A stretch of DNA of 64,000 nt from Hormiphora californensis (Eukaryota; Animalia; Ctenophora): contig CM035362.1 in NCBI GenBank assembly GCA_020137815.1, positions 744,001 to 808,000 on the forward strand, written 5' to 3'. Under the pieces are notes generated by a model. The model ran no database searches. It saw nothing but the letters and a program-made list of their open reading frames with translations, and was not told the origin of the DNA. Below are positions 13,727-51,015 of this stretch, piece by piece; position 1 is the stretch's first letter; each line of letters starts with the position of its first letter. The position numbers were made by a program, and so were the translations under genes.

Positions 13727-14674
13727 TAGTTATCAAAAACAATGTATTACTATTAGTACATACCTACATACGTACTGTTTTTACCTAATATATTTTGTAA
13801 CTATAATTAATCGTACGATATCGTATAATTCATTCATCACGCAATTGAAACAAAATTAAATCTTATAATACAAACATCAAAATTTGAGTTTTTAACTTGT
13901 TTAAATGGTATCCTGTCTGGCGGCGCCGACCCGATCTGAGAATCAAAACGCCAGATAGATTGCATCCAGGTGCATTTGCATTTAGGAGAGGTTTTGAAAC
14001 GTAGAAGCCAGGAAGTAGCCCCGATGGACATGTTCTTTCGGCTTTCGATCTCACACCGGGCAGAAGCTCAATCATGGCTAAATCTAATGACAAAGCCCCG
14101 AGAGTTAATCGTGCGAGCCAATCAGAGGCCTGGATTTTGAATCCATCCTTCTGATTGGCTTGCGCGCAGGTTGCAAAAAAATTGTCACGCGCAAAACAAA
14201 AGCCGCGCATTATCCATCAATAAATGCGCGCTAGCCGAATTTTCAGTTTAGTGACGCCGCGCGATCCGATCGCGATAGAAATTTTTCTGTTGGCATGCGC
14301 TGCAGACCCCAAGTGCGCGCGTTTTCCACGGCTTTAAATAATGTGAAACCCAAACTAAAAAGGCCCACCTCAGGTGTCGTCGCGCGTTACATACATGGTT
14401 GGGTTGGGTTTTGATGGATTGGGATTGTCAGCAGTTAGTGAAATCGCGCGTACGCGCACTTCTCTTTGTTTAAAACAAAGAAGGATCTGGTTGTTCCAAA
14501 ATCCACGTCCCCGAAAATGAAAAACATTCATCTGTCATCACCGTTGTATTATTCATCATTTATTCATTGTTAATTAAACCGAAACACTTGATATACGATA
14601 TTGCTTGTGAAAAAGTAGTAAAATGTACAATCAACATTACACATAGTAAACACTTAACACTAAACACACACACA

Positions 14675-14726
<52 letters not shown>

Positions 14727-14768
14727 AACACATACACACACAAGTCTCTCACAGTCTCTCTATTAGTT

Positions 14769-29640
<14,872 letters not shown>

Positions 29641-29895
29641 TCCTTGGTATAAAACTAACCGCTTTTGAAACGAGAGTTAGTGAGACGAAGTCCGCACCAA
29701 GTGATGCTAGTAGTCAAGACCTAACAGAACTCGTGTTGTTCTTTAAAATATGGACAATGAAAAGCGGACAATAAATGTATATTTGTATTTGTATTTGTAT
29801 GATACAGCAATACATTGGACCTTTAAAAGTGGATATAGCGACACGAAGAGTTTGTTATTTAACCGTTAAATAACATACCACTAATTTAGAGCCAT

Positions 29896-39569
<9,674 letters not shown>

Positions 39570-39716
39570 GAGGATTTTATTAATTTTTGTGACTTTTGGT
39601 ACCTTTGTTAAGTTATATTGGCTGATTTACATAAGTTTCCTGCTTTTATTCTGCATCGTAAGGACTGAGGTATACTTCTGTAACCTTCCTAACTTGATCA
39701 TTGTTTTAGGTAGGCG

Positions 39717-40964
39717 ATGGCAAGATCCCGGCTTGCTTATCTCACCCTCAGATGTCTCACAGCCATCCCTCCTCCTCCTCCTCAAGTCCTCTCAACTCCT
39801 CATCTCCTCTCAGCTAGACCCCTCTCCACACCCTCCTCCCACACCTCTCCCTGGAGAGAAGACCACCCCAACCACACATCGGATGTCAAGAAATCATGGA
39901 AGAGCCGCAATCAGAAGCTCATGATTCACAGTCTCAAACAGGAACCTGGGGAATCATATGAAGACCTGAAGGCGATCCTAAGGGACATGTTTAGTGTTAT
40001 ACCGGGGGATCCTGTGAGGCTGGATCATGCTTACCGAGTTTATAGCACCACTGACAATGATGGTTGTTGTGCGGTCAGGGCGATCTTTGAGAACACGAAC
40101 GACATGAAGAGAGTAATTGAATACCGGAATAAGATCGCAAAATCGGGGGATGAACGAGTTGCTAAGGTGACCATCTCAAGGGATCGAAGAACAGATCTGG
40201 ATAAGAAGTTAAAAAAGCTGCAGAAAGAGAGACCAGATCGGGCATTTTGCATCATAGCTAGTAACATTGTAGATGTGACTGCTGATAAAGAAGGTAATAA
40301 AGTTTTTGTTGATCTGTTTGATCATTCCAAATCAATCAAAATCTTCAACCTACCGGAAACAGACCAAAGGGAAAACACATTCTCCCTGGTTGAGGATCTT
40401 CTAAAAGAACGAGGGTTGGAGCATCATTGTGTCAGGGCAGCATTCCGGGTAAACGTGAAGGACAATCCCAATAACCCATATGGACATCCTCGAGTTCTTA
40501 GGGCTGTGTTTGATTCGAATGAAGTTGTCACCCAGATCCTGGGGACTTTCGCAAAAAAGCCCTCCCAAAAGTATAACGGTAAAGTGTTCCTTCATCGGGT
40601 AGACATGTTGAATAAAGTGGACCCCAATAAAATGGTGTTTATCCAGAATTTTCCACGAGCCACAGATAACGGAGGGGAGGAGACTGATGAGGCTCTGAAG
40701 GAGTCCGTTGAGAATCTGTTTTCCAGCTGGGAGGAGAAACCAACCGTTTTAAGTGTGTTCCGGGTGGGCTATCCAAATTCCTATGGTAGAAGACCTGTTC
40801 GAATCATCCTGGAGACCGAGGAAGATGCGGCTTTGATTTTGCAGCAAAACCGGAAACTTGTCCGACACAATGAACGTAGTTTCAAGCTGCACGTTTACGG
40901 CAGAGGGAAGGATGAGGAAGATGATGAGAAGGAGCATGAGGAAAAGAAAAATAATGTGAGATAG
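39717..40964 (+). CDS. Unknown protein, copy 1: presequence-like N-terminus plus 3 LINE-ORF1-type RRM-like domains (415 aa)
   Basis: Intronless ORF; R/L/S-rich, acid-free N-terminus; repeated pattern [hydrophobic-I-x-N/S-L-P/K...E...(Y/F)RV...VR-hydrophobic-F/L]. Confidence 0.75.
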   Translation: MARSRLAYLTLRCLTAIPPPPPQVLSTPHLLSARPLSTPSSHTSPWREDHPNHTSDVKKSWKSRNQKLMIHSLKQEPGESYEDLKAILRDMFSVIPGDPVRLDHAYRVYSTTDNDGCCAVRAIFENTNDMKRVIEYRNKIAKSGDERVAKVTISRDRRTDLDKKLKKLQKERPDRAFCIIASNIVDVTADKEGNKVFVDLFDHSKSIKIFNLPETDQRENTFSLVEDLLKERGLEHHCVRAAFRVNVKDNPNNPYGHPRVLRAVFDSNEVVTQILGTFAKKPSQKYNGKVFLHRVDMLNKVDPNKMVFIQNFPRATDNGGEETDEALKESVENLFSSWEEKPTVLSVFRVGYPNSYGRRPVRIILETEEDAALILQQNRKLVRHNERSFKLHVYGRGKDEEDDEKEHEEKKNNVR

Positions 40965-41120
40965 TGGTAACTTATTATGATTCGGTGTGTGACATTTTTT
41001 CCCCGCCTTCGGCCTTCACCCCCGGGGGGGGGGGGGGGGATCACCTCCTAAATGCGTGGATGACATGCCTATTTTGGGGGTGGGTTCCAGCGAAAAATTG
41101 ACAGTTAGGGGGGCCCCAAA

Positions 41121-42985
41121 GGCAGGTGAGTAGAACTTCGCTCCTAATAAAAGGCTGCAATAAAAGGCTGCAATAAAAGGCTGCAGAAAAAGGCTGCAGA
41201 AAAAGGCTGCAATAAAAGGCTGCAGAAAAAGGCTGCAATAAAAGGCTGCAATAAAAGGCTGCAATAAAAGGCTGCAAGGTATCACGTATCCAACCAGACT
41301 AAAGCGGGAGATAGACCGAATCGTCCTCCCCTAATAGTGTTTCGTATCACGTATCGGCTGTAAAGAGACCGAATCACCCTCCCCTAATTATAGTGATTCG
41401 TGTCACGTATCCAACTAGACCATAGGCGATAGAGAGAGCGAGATAGAGAGCGAGTACGAGTGAGAACTGAGAGAGTGAAAAATCAGAATCACGGTGTGGT
41501 ATCACGTACCATGGTATCCTCTAATGAAAAGTGGTTACCAATTGACAATGAGACCTCATCGGTCCCGATACGTGATTCTCTACCGCTATCCCACCGCTAT
41601 GTATTTTCCATTAGTCTTTCCGTATCGATCCACGATTCAGTAGAGGTACTACTACTACTACTACTCTGAGTGCCTGGGCTTGCCTACGGCAAGCCCACAG
41701 GGGCTATCGCAAAGCGATATCGCCGGCACTGGAGAAGAGTCCCCCCGCCGTCTCCCCTCGCATGGAACTACCATCTGGCAGGTTCACAATATAACGGGAG
41801 ATTTGGAGTGGGGCTCTTCTCGGGGTTGTTCTAGTCCTGTGTGGTTATTTTTTCCAGGAACGTTTATACTTTGATCTTGAACCACAGTTTCGTCTTCGTT
41901 TTCACTTAATCTTTGATACGGGATATGTGAGACCTATCTGTCTGATTATGTTCAATTAGGTTAGAAGGCTAAACTAGCAAGGATTTTTTCTCAGTCCACA
42001 GTTTTGTTTAGTATGTATATATTGGTGGCGGGTGGGGTGGTTCGGGGTGGGTGGAGGCTAATAATAATAGGGCTAGATATTTGGTTGAAAAAGGGAGATT
42101 CTACTTGAAGGGGAGTGAGAAAAATAGGGGTAGATATTGGGTTGAATTCTTTTATTGACATAATACCATGTAGAACATGTGTTTAGGTACCAGATATTAT
42201 CCGTATAGCCATCTTAATTCTTGGAGCAGCAAACAGTGGCCTTCTGAATTGCTACTGTCAGTAGAGGTAGTCAGTAACTACTGAGAGTGTTGGTCTAATG
42301 AGGTAGACAATGGCCGAAATCTCGAGTTCGCTTTTCGTGATTTTAGCACTAGAGTCCGCTTACCCATCTATTGATTGAGCGTGTAGCACAATGAGTGCTA
42401 CACGCACTCACAATATGACAGGTGAACCACCCAACCACTTGGTTCACCTATCATAGTTTCTACCTCATTAGACCAACACTTTCAGTAGTTACTGACTACC
42501 TCTACTGAATCGTGGATCGATACGGAAAGACTAATGGAGAATACATAGCGGTGGGATAGCGGTAGAGAATCACGTATCGGGACCGATGAGGTCTCATTGT
42601 CAATTGGTAACCACTTTTCATTAGAGGATACCATGGTACGTGATACCACACCGTGATTCTGATTTTTCACTCTCTCAGTTCTCACTCGTACTCGCTCTCT
42701 ATCTCGCTCTCTCTATCGCCTATGGTCTAGTTGGATACGTGACACGAATCACTATAATTAGGGGAGGGTGATTCGGTCTCTTTACAGCCGATACGTGATA
42801 CGAAACACTATTAGGGGAGGACGATTCGGTCTATCTCCCGCTTTAGTCTGGTTGGATACGTGATACCTTGCAGCCTTTTATTGCAGCCTTTTATTGCAGC
42901 CTTTTATTGCAGCCTTTTTCTGCAGCCTTTTATTGCAGCCTTTTATTGCAGCCTTTTATTAGGAGCGAAGTTCTACTCACCTGCC
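41121..42985. mobile_element. Merlin-like non-autonomous DNA transposon with about 530-bp TIRs
   Basis: Termini ggcaggtgagtagaac / gttctactcacctgcc; 8-bp TSD gccccaaa; 13-bp repeats (aataaaaggctgc)n in the TIRs; empty site in the paralogous junction near 47909. Superfamily call is inferred from GG termini and TSD length. Confidence 0.85.
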
Positions 42986-43369
42986 GCCCCAAAATACCTT
43001 ATTTTTATAATTGGCCGATTTTTGGCCCTAATTGACCCAAGTACTAATCTTTCGAGCATGTTTGATAGATTCAGTTTTGATTTTTGGTGCACAGACTAGA
43101 TTTGATTGTCCATATTAAAAAATTTAGTCCGCTGTACAGAGAAATACATCAAAAAAGTGTACTTTTACTGTCGATTTAGTCCAGATTACCGAAAATAGCT
43201 TCAAAATCAGGCGGTTTTTGTCAAAATTGGGTTGGGCTAGACGGTTGATTCAAACAAGGGGCCCCCTGTATGAGTCCCTATTTGATAAGGGGGTGGGTCC
43301 CAATTGGAGTGGACCAGTTAGGGGGTGATTTAGGCATGTCATCCACGTAATTATAGTATAGTTATATAG

Positions 43370-43446
43370 AGTGGTATATAGTGGTATAGCTCCGAGCATG
43401 TCTCTCTGGAGAGTGGAGGTCCCTGGTTCTATTCCCGGTCAAACCC
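43370..43446 (+). other. Pseudo-tRNA / SINE head
   Basis: gtggtatag...ggtccctggttctattcccggtc; a truncated copy with ggttcaattcc lies near 50895-50920. Confidence 0.4.
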
Positions 43447-43668
43447 AGAATTTTTCGATTTTCTTCCCTATTTAATTCTTGCTCAGATCTCTTTGTTTTA
43501 AAACTCTCACCACATACAGCACCTTGCATATTTCAATTCCAGGAGAGCTTGAAGAGGCTGGAATAAAGCGTTGAAGATTGCTCGAAAGAAATCTGATTGG
43601 TCTACCATCCAGGAGGTGAGAGAAAAATAACTATTGTATATATCATGGTTAGCTTGGTTACCTTGGTT

Positions 43669-44882
43669 CAGGGCTGGCTCCAGGGGGTGATGCGGGGGGT
43701 GCACACTAGGGTGTGCTATTTTTTCAAATGCCTAATTTAATTCAAAATTTCACTTGGTATCGGGTTAAATGAGCTCCTACGATCATTCTAAAACATTTTA
43801 TCAAAAAGTTTTGGCTCTACCATGGCCCAATTACGTTGGCACGAGCTATGCCCATATATGGGCATATTCATTTCAAAAAGTATGTTTTAGGGCGTGATTT
43901 CGAACAAAACACACATATAAATCGTCCCGTGACAACTTATACAACTGTCACTTTCAGTTTGAGTCTTCAGATATCGACTTTATGAACAAAAATAAAAATT
44001 TTCCTCCCTTTTTTTCTTGCTAATTTTACCAACTTGCAGAATCGTGGGGACGAATTTTAATTTTTTTTAGTTTTTTCTTGGTGGAAAGCAAATTTCGGTT
44101 GTAATCGACTAATTTTGGCCTGCGGAACACGATCCCGTTCATGAAAAAGCTCTCAAAATTTAAGAACATGTCCAAAATGAACATTTTTTGTCAAAAATGA
44201 ACATTTTTAGGTCAAAAATGAACTTTAGCATCATTTAATGATGCATATCAATTCTTGTCAGTTTCGAGGTGCTGAACACGATCCTGAACATAAAAAGTTG
44301 ATATCAAGAACATGTCAAAAACTGGTGAAAACCACACATATTTCCCTGTTTTTACCATTTTTCGGTTAAAAACTACACTTTTTAAATCGCGATGCCAACG
44401 TAACTGACAAACACTATCCTGATTATGTTTTGCTGATGTGATAGAGAATTGTCCATAGTTTCACATTAGCTAGATACTGAATGGCCTAGTCGAAAAAAAT
44501 TTGAAATAGCACACCCTAGTGCACACCCCCCCCAAAAATTCTTGGCAGTAAAGCTGCCAAGACTGTCTGAGACCATTTGGATTGGGAAACCACCCCAAAA
44601 ATTTAAAATTTTCAGTAAAATTTTTGACTGATCACAACCGAATTAAAATCACCTAGTGAACATCACTGAGTGAGAGAGAGAGCATTGTAGCATTCATAAA
44701 TCTAGAAAGTAGACGTCACAAATGATTAAAAACCCTAAAATTTGCTTGATTTATTTAAAAAATTTCCTGGGACTTCGCCCCCTGGACCCCCCCCTGGGCG
44801 GAGCTCGCAAATGCTACAATTAGGGAACAGTGGCCTTCGGCCACTGCACCCCCCCAGAAATATCGGGCTGGAGCCAGCCCTG
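43669..44882. mobile_element. hAT-type MITE (TIR cagggctggctccag, TSD ccttggtt) with a nested hAT MITE at 43707-44518 (TIR tagggtgtgctattt, TSD gtgcacac)
   Basis: Both 8-bp TSDs read directly. The outer element recurs at 51142-51527 without the nested one. Confidence 0.88.
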
Positions 44883-44948
44883 CCTTGGTTACCATGCATA
44901 ATAACTATGTCTTGGTTATCATGGTTACAATGGTGACTAATATAATAG

Positions 44949-45180
44949 GGGGTATGCATAAGCCCGGATAGTCCGGATAATAGGAATATTCAGGAAAGCA
45001 AAGTTATTCCAGCATATATGCATACGAGCTGGAATACTCCGGTAATCATGCCCAGATAACTCGTATAGCCCGTATCTAGATTTGATAATCATACTCTGAT
45101 ATCCCGGAGTGTCCTCTAGGCTATCCTGAAAATACCAATTATCCGGACTATCCAGGTTATCCGGCTTTATGCATACCAGG
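44949..45180. mobile_element. MITE (also near 51594-51820)
   Basis: TIR ggtatgcataagcccggata / tatccggctttatgcatacc; absent from copy 1. Confidence 0.7.
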
Positions 45181-46185
45181 CCCTAATTAGCCTTTCGTAT
45201 CGCTAATCTCTCGTATGGCTTCCTTTATCAAAAGTAGTAAATTCCCGTTTGGATCAGAGAGAAACATTAGCAAGTTCTTTCTTAAACAGTATACATTTCA
45301 GGTGATGCAGAACCTGACAATTTTAAAGAAGAAACGAGAGAGTCCTGATCTCATTCATGACATTAAACAAGAGAGTTGAGAGAAATACAATTTATTTTAT
45401 TGTTACTTTTGGTACCTTTGTTAAGTTATTTTGGCTGCTTTTATTCTGCATCGTAATGGCTGAGGTATATGTGCTATAACACCGGTGTGTATCTGTATAT
45501 CGCGCCCCGTGATATGCACGCATATCGGCTCCTTGCGGAGCAAGGAGACGATATGCAATATATCGCCCCAAACGTAGTGAGGGCGATATATTTGATACAC
45601 ATAAGGTGTTATAGCATATAACGCCCACTGCAAGCAAGGAGAGAACAACACTAATCCCCTTTCAAGTTTTTCAACTCAATTTGACAAACTATTCAACATT
45701 ATCAAAGTTTCACAGCAACAACAAATAATTACACAGAGAGAGAGAGAGGCAACACAACTCATGTCAATCCTTCAAATATGTTCCCTTTTCAACTCCAGAC
45801 ATGTCTAGACATGTCTAGACACTCACACACACACAAGCGAACTATTTGGTGCTAATTAAATAGAGAGAGATAAAGATTACCTATGTCTCTCTTGTCTCTC
45901 CTTCTCTTGTCACCATTCCCCGCCCCTTGTTGTGTTAATCTCTCTTTCTTTTTGCAACAGTGTGTACACAACAGTACACACACACAAAAGAAAGAGTTTT
46001 CACACCTTTTTGGGCGAATTCTTACGTGTAATAAATTGCAATTTTGGAGCGGGCGTTATGAGATATATCATTTCGGATGCAGTCATATCAGCCCGCTACC
46101 GCGCGGGTGTTATTTCTCCAAAAAATGCGCAGTGGGCGTTATATTTCTGTAACCTTCCTAACTTGATCATTGTTTTAGGTAGGCG

Positions 46186-47670
46186 ATGGCAAGATCCCGG
46201 CTTGCTTATCTCACCCTCAGATGTCTCACAGCCATCCCTCCTCCTCCTCAAGTCCTCTCAACTCCTCATCTCCTCTCAGCTAGACCCCTCTCCACACCCT
46301 CCTCCCACACCTCTCCCTGGAGAGAAGACCACCCCAACCACACATCGGATGTCAAGGGATCATGGTACAACCGCCGTCTGAAGCTCATGATTCACAGTCT
46401 CAAACAGGAACCTGGGGAATCACGTGAAGACCTGAAGGCGATCCTAAGGGACATGTTTAGTGTTTTACCGGGGGATCCTGTGAGGCTGGATCATGCTTAC
46501 CGAGTTTATAGCACCACTGACAATGATGGTTGTTATGCGGTCAGGGCGACCTTTGAGAACAGTGATGACGTGCAGAGAATAATGAAAAACCGGAAAAATA
46601 TCGCATTATCGGGGGATGAACGAGTTGCTAAGGTAACCATCTTCAGGGATCGGAATACAGATCTGGATAAGATGTTACGAGAGCTGAAGAAAGAGAGACC
46701 GGATCGGACATTTTGCATCATAGCTAGTAACATTGTAGATGTGACTGTTGATGAAAAAGGTAATAAAGTTTTTGTTGATCTGTTTGATCATTCCAAATCA
46801 ATCAAAATCTTCAACCTACCGGAAACAGACCAAAAGGAAAACCCATTCTACCTGGTCGAGGATCTTCTAAAAGAACGAGGGTTGGAGCATCATTGTGTCA
46901 GGGCAGCTTTCTGGGTGAGGATGAAGAATGACCCCAATCTTCGAGTTCTTAGAGCGGTGTTTGATTCGAATGAAGTTGTCACCCAGATCCTGGACACTTT
47001 CGAAAAAAACCCCTCCCAAAAGTATGACGGTAAAGTGTTCCTTCATCCGAGCACCCCAGAACGATTCAGACCTCCTATAAACCCTGATTCTACCTTCTTT
47101 ATTTGCAACTTTAACATCCCTGAGGATTGGGACAAGCAGATGTTGTTGGCGGAGGGTATTGTCAAGTATCTGATGCCTGAGAACACGCCCGAGATTGAAC
47201 AAGTCTCATTTTATGGACGAACTTGGAATAAAAAAGAGAATTCGATTCTGAACGTCCAACTAGATTGTCCCAAGGCAGCTCAGCTGATCATACAACAGAA
47301 GCACCGCCTAGCCGCTAATAAGGATTATAGCACTGCGTTCATATTCCCCTACGTGGAGAACTGGAAATCAATGAGTAAAACAAAAAAGATCCAGTTAGAC
47401 ATGTTGCATAAAGTGGACCCCAAGAAACGAGTGTTTATCCAGAATTTTCCACGAGCCACAGATAACGGAGGGGAGGAGACTGATGAGGCTCTGAAGGAGT
47501 CCGTTGAGAGTCTGTTTTCCAGCTGGGAGGAGAAACCAACCGTTTTAAGTGTGTTGCGGGTGGGCTATCCAAATTCCTATGGTAGAAGACCTGTTCGAAT
47601 CATCCTGGAGACGGAGGAAGATGCGGCTTTGATTTTGCAGCAAAACCTGGAACTTGTCCGTACACAATGA
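46186..47670 (+). CDS. Unknown protein, copy 2: presequence-like N-terminus plus 4 RRM-like domains (494 aa; tail lost by 1-bp insertion)
   Basis: Close paralog of 39717 and 52804; the extra t at approx. 47661 shifts off the charged C-tail. Confidence 0.75.
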   Translation: MARSRLAYLTLRCLTAIPPPPQVLSTPHLLSARPLSTPSSHTSPWREDHPNHTSDVKGSWYNRRLKLMIHSLKQEPGESREDLKAILRDMFSVLPGDPVRLDHAYRVYSTTDNDGCYAVRATFENSDDVQRIMKNRKNIALSGDERVAKVTIFRDRNTDLDKMLRELKKERPDRTFCIIASNIVDVTVDEKGNKVFVDLFDHSKSIKIFNLPETDQKENPFYLVEDLLKERGLEHHCVRAAFWVRMKNDPNLRVLRAVFDSNEVVTQILDTFEKNPSQKYDGKVFLHPSTPERFRPPINPDSTFFICNFNIPEDWDKQMLLAEGIVKYLMPENTPEIEQVSFYGRTWNKKENSILNVQLDCPKAAQLIIQQKHRLAANKDYSTAFIFPYVENWKSMSKTKKIQLDMLHKVDPKKRVFIQNFPRATDNGGEETDEALKESVESLFSSWEEKPTVLSVLRVGYPNSYGRRPVRIILETEEDAALILQQNLELVRTQ

Positions 47671-48063
47671 ACGTAGTTTCAAGGCTGCACGTTTACGGCA
47701 GAGGGAAGGATGAGGAAGATGATGAGAAGGAGCATGAGGAAAAGAAAAATAATGTGAGATAAGTAGTGGTAACTTATTATGATTCGGTGTGTGACATTTT
47801 TTCCCCGCCTTCGGCCTTCACCCCCTGGGGGGGGGGATCACCCCCTAAATGCGTGGATGACATGCCTATTTTGGGGGTGGGTCCCAGCGAAAAATTGACA
47901 GTTAGGGGGCCCCAAAATACCTTATTTTTGGGTAATTAAGACGTTAATTGGCCGATTTTTGGCCCTAATTGACCCAAGTACTAATCTTTCGAGCATGTTT
48001 GATAGATTCAGTTTTGATTTTTGGTGCACAGACTGTCCGTATTGAAAAATTTAGTCCGCTGTA

Positions 48064-48673
48064 TAGTGGGAGACACTAGCGTGGTACGCGCAAAAAAATG
48101 CGTGCCACACCAATTTCGTTTTTCATAAAACACGCAAGAAAAAGTTTTTCAAGCTCGACTTTTCACGTTTTGGCTCATAACTTCTGTTCCTGATAAGATA
48201 AAGACTTCAAACCTTCGCCATTCGATGGGGCTTGAAATTCCCTTTCCAACGGTACCCAAACGAACTCTGTAGCTTATCAGGAACCGGAGATATGGCCATC
48301 TATATTATAAAGCAGAGAACCTTGCAAGACAAAAATTGGGGAAGGGGGTTTTTTGGGGCTTGCACGTGGAAAATTGGCGTGTTGTTAGGGGTGGTTGGTG
48401 GGGTTTGGGGAGTTGCCATGATGGTGGGCAAGAGTTTAATACTGCACGTGCATGTTGTTGGGTGTTTTATTGCGTGTTCCTGTCGTGTTTTGTGGTGCTT
48501 GGCCATCTACTGCTGCGGCCCCGATGAATGCCACAGCTTTTCTACCAACGTATCCCAGCTTTAATAACTCTACACAGCTCCAGTTCTACGGATCTTTATC
48601 ACCTGATTCCAGCTTCCATTATATTCACCAGCCCGATATGAGGGGGAGAGAGAGAGAGAGAAAGAGGGAGAGA

Positions 48674-48744
<71 letters not shown>

Positions 48745-50765
48745 GGGGAGGGAATGATGGGGTTAGAGGGATAAAGAGAGAAGGGGATAGATGAAGACTA
48801 TCCATTGGATAGGGGACAGGGAAAGAGACGGAGACGGAGAGGGGGAGAGAGAGACATAGAGACCGGGGGGGGGGAGGGGGGTTGTTGTAGGACTCCAACT
48901 GGCTGTAAGGGGATTATGGGGTGAGTTGGTCAACATAGCCCGGGGGCGGGGGAGGGAGGGTGCTGAATAATATGGGACGAGAGCAGTCAATAGATATTGA
49001 GAGGATTCGAAAGGGGTGGGAGGATTCAGTAGGGGGCGAGAGGAGTTTTGGGTTTTTTGCCTGGGCTCTCTAGTTTATCATAATGCCGAAGGGCCCTTAC
49101 TGGGGTTATTATCATAATTGATCATATCTCAGGTTCCTGATGAGCTACAAACATTGTTTGGATACCGTTGGAAAGGAAATTTCATTGCCCATCGAATGGC
49201 GCCGATTTGAAGTCTTTATCTCATCAGGAACAGGAGTTATGGGCCAAAACGCGAAAGGCCAAAAATCGTGAAAATTTTTCAATTTCGACTTTTCACGTTT
49301 TGGACCATAACTCCTGTTCCTGATGAGATAAAGACTTCAAACCGGCGCCATTCGATGGGCAATGAAATTCCCTTTCCAACGGTACCCAAACAATTTCTGT
49401 AGCTCATCAGGAACCGGAGATATTATCAATTATGATAATAACCCTCGTAAGGGCCCTTCGGCATTATGATAAATGGCCATATCTCCGGTTCCTGATAAAC
49501 TACAGAGTTCGTTTGGGTACCGTTGGAAAGGGAATTTCAAGCCCCATCGAATGGCGAAGGTTTGAAGTCTTTATCTCTGAAGACGCACCTCTTTGACAAG
49601 TCATACGGTCCTGCTGGCTGATTTGTAGCTTTGTTAGAAGAGATCTGTCTAGTCGTTGTCTGTCTTGTTTTACGAGTCTTGTTCTGTTCTGAGTTCCGAG
49701 TCTAGCCCCTTTTTATACTGAGTGCAGTGATTTTTTCCCTGCCCGGGTGGATGCCGAAGGCATTCACCCGGATGCCTTTTTACTTTGTAAAAAGGCATAG
49801 CAGGGTTAGAATTCGAAAACGACATTTTGGTATACTAACTAATCGGTAGAGGGACATTTTTTGGTCACACTTTCGTTGCGAGGGCAACGGTGTAGCAACT
49901 AGAGCCGCGCGCACAGTGACGAGCTACTCCTTCATCAAACACCTCATTGACACAGTTTGATGGACGTGTGTGTGCGCGCCACTCAACAAAACATGAAATG
50001 CTCTGCCGCGCGTTTCGCGTGTTACCTACACATTTTCATCTTGCGAGTCGAGTGTGAGATGTTAGATAAGTAGTTAAGTTGGAATGTCAAAAGCTGGTTA
50101 GCAAGTGTCATGTGATTGGGAGTTAGCTAACTCTAAGCTATGTGAGAAGTATACTGACAGCTAGATCGTATGCATCTCACATTACATTATGACCAAGCCT
50201 TGATCCTGTTGGCAGTGACAATGTCACTGACATGTGAAACGGTAGGGCAGGGAAACACAGCATTATGAATACATAATGCAATAATTCTTGTTTAACATAT
50301 CTTTTTAACCAAGTAATCGTATAGCTTATCTACACCGTTATCTACTGAATCAACTATTAATCATTAATCTACTCTTTTTTATGATTGGAATTCTAAATTC
50401 TTCTTTTTTAATTATAACTATCTTAATTAACTTATTCATACAGTCCCTCAGTGTGTACCCACTTGTATCTATCTACTGTTTCTGTATGGACTGCCGCATA
50501 AGAAGGCTGGCTTAAGAGCTCTGGCGTTTTAATTATGAGTTTTTTCTCTGTTTTTTGCGTTTATCTCTTAGCTATATTAAGTCAATTTGCGGGGTATCAA
50601 ATGTAACAATTGAATTGAATTGAATTGAATCTCATCAGGAACAGGAGTTATGAGCCAAAACGTGAAAAGTCGATGTTGAAAAACTTTTTCTTGCGTGTTT
50701 TTTTGAAAAACGAAATTGGTGTGGCGCACATTTTTTTGCGCGTACCACGCTAGTGTCTCCCACTA
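48064..50765. mobile_element. Non-autonomous DNA transposon (TAG...CTA termini, 3-bp TSD GTA; Academ-like) containing a nested insert approx. 49578-50629
   Basis: TIR tagtgggagacactagcgtggtacgcg; empty site gctgtacag near 43131. The nested insert ends in (attga)n. Confidence 0.8.
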
Positions 50766-51015
50766 GTACAGAGAAATACATCAAAAAAGTGTACTTTTAC
50801 TGTCAATTTAGTCCAGATTACCGAAAATAGCTTCAAAATCAGGCGGTTTTTGTCAAAATTGGGTACCTAGACGGTTGATTCAAACAAGGGGCCCCCTGGT
50901 TCAATTCCCGGTCAAACCCAGTATTTTTCGATTTTCTTCCCTATTTAATTCTTGCTCAGATCTCTTTGTTTTAAAACTCTCACCACATACAGCACCTTGC
51001 AAATTTCAATTCCAG

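Larger units (their letters stand above)
43543..45379 (+). pseudogene. Orphan copies of TTC19 exons 8 (43543-43615) and 9 (45302-45379)
   Basis: Exon 8 copy is 10 bp shorter than the original, giving a premature TGA; splice sites retained. Confidence 0.9.
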
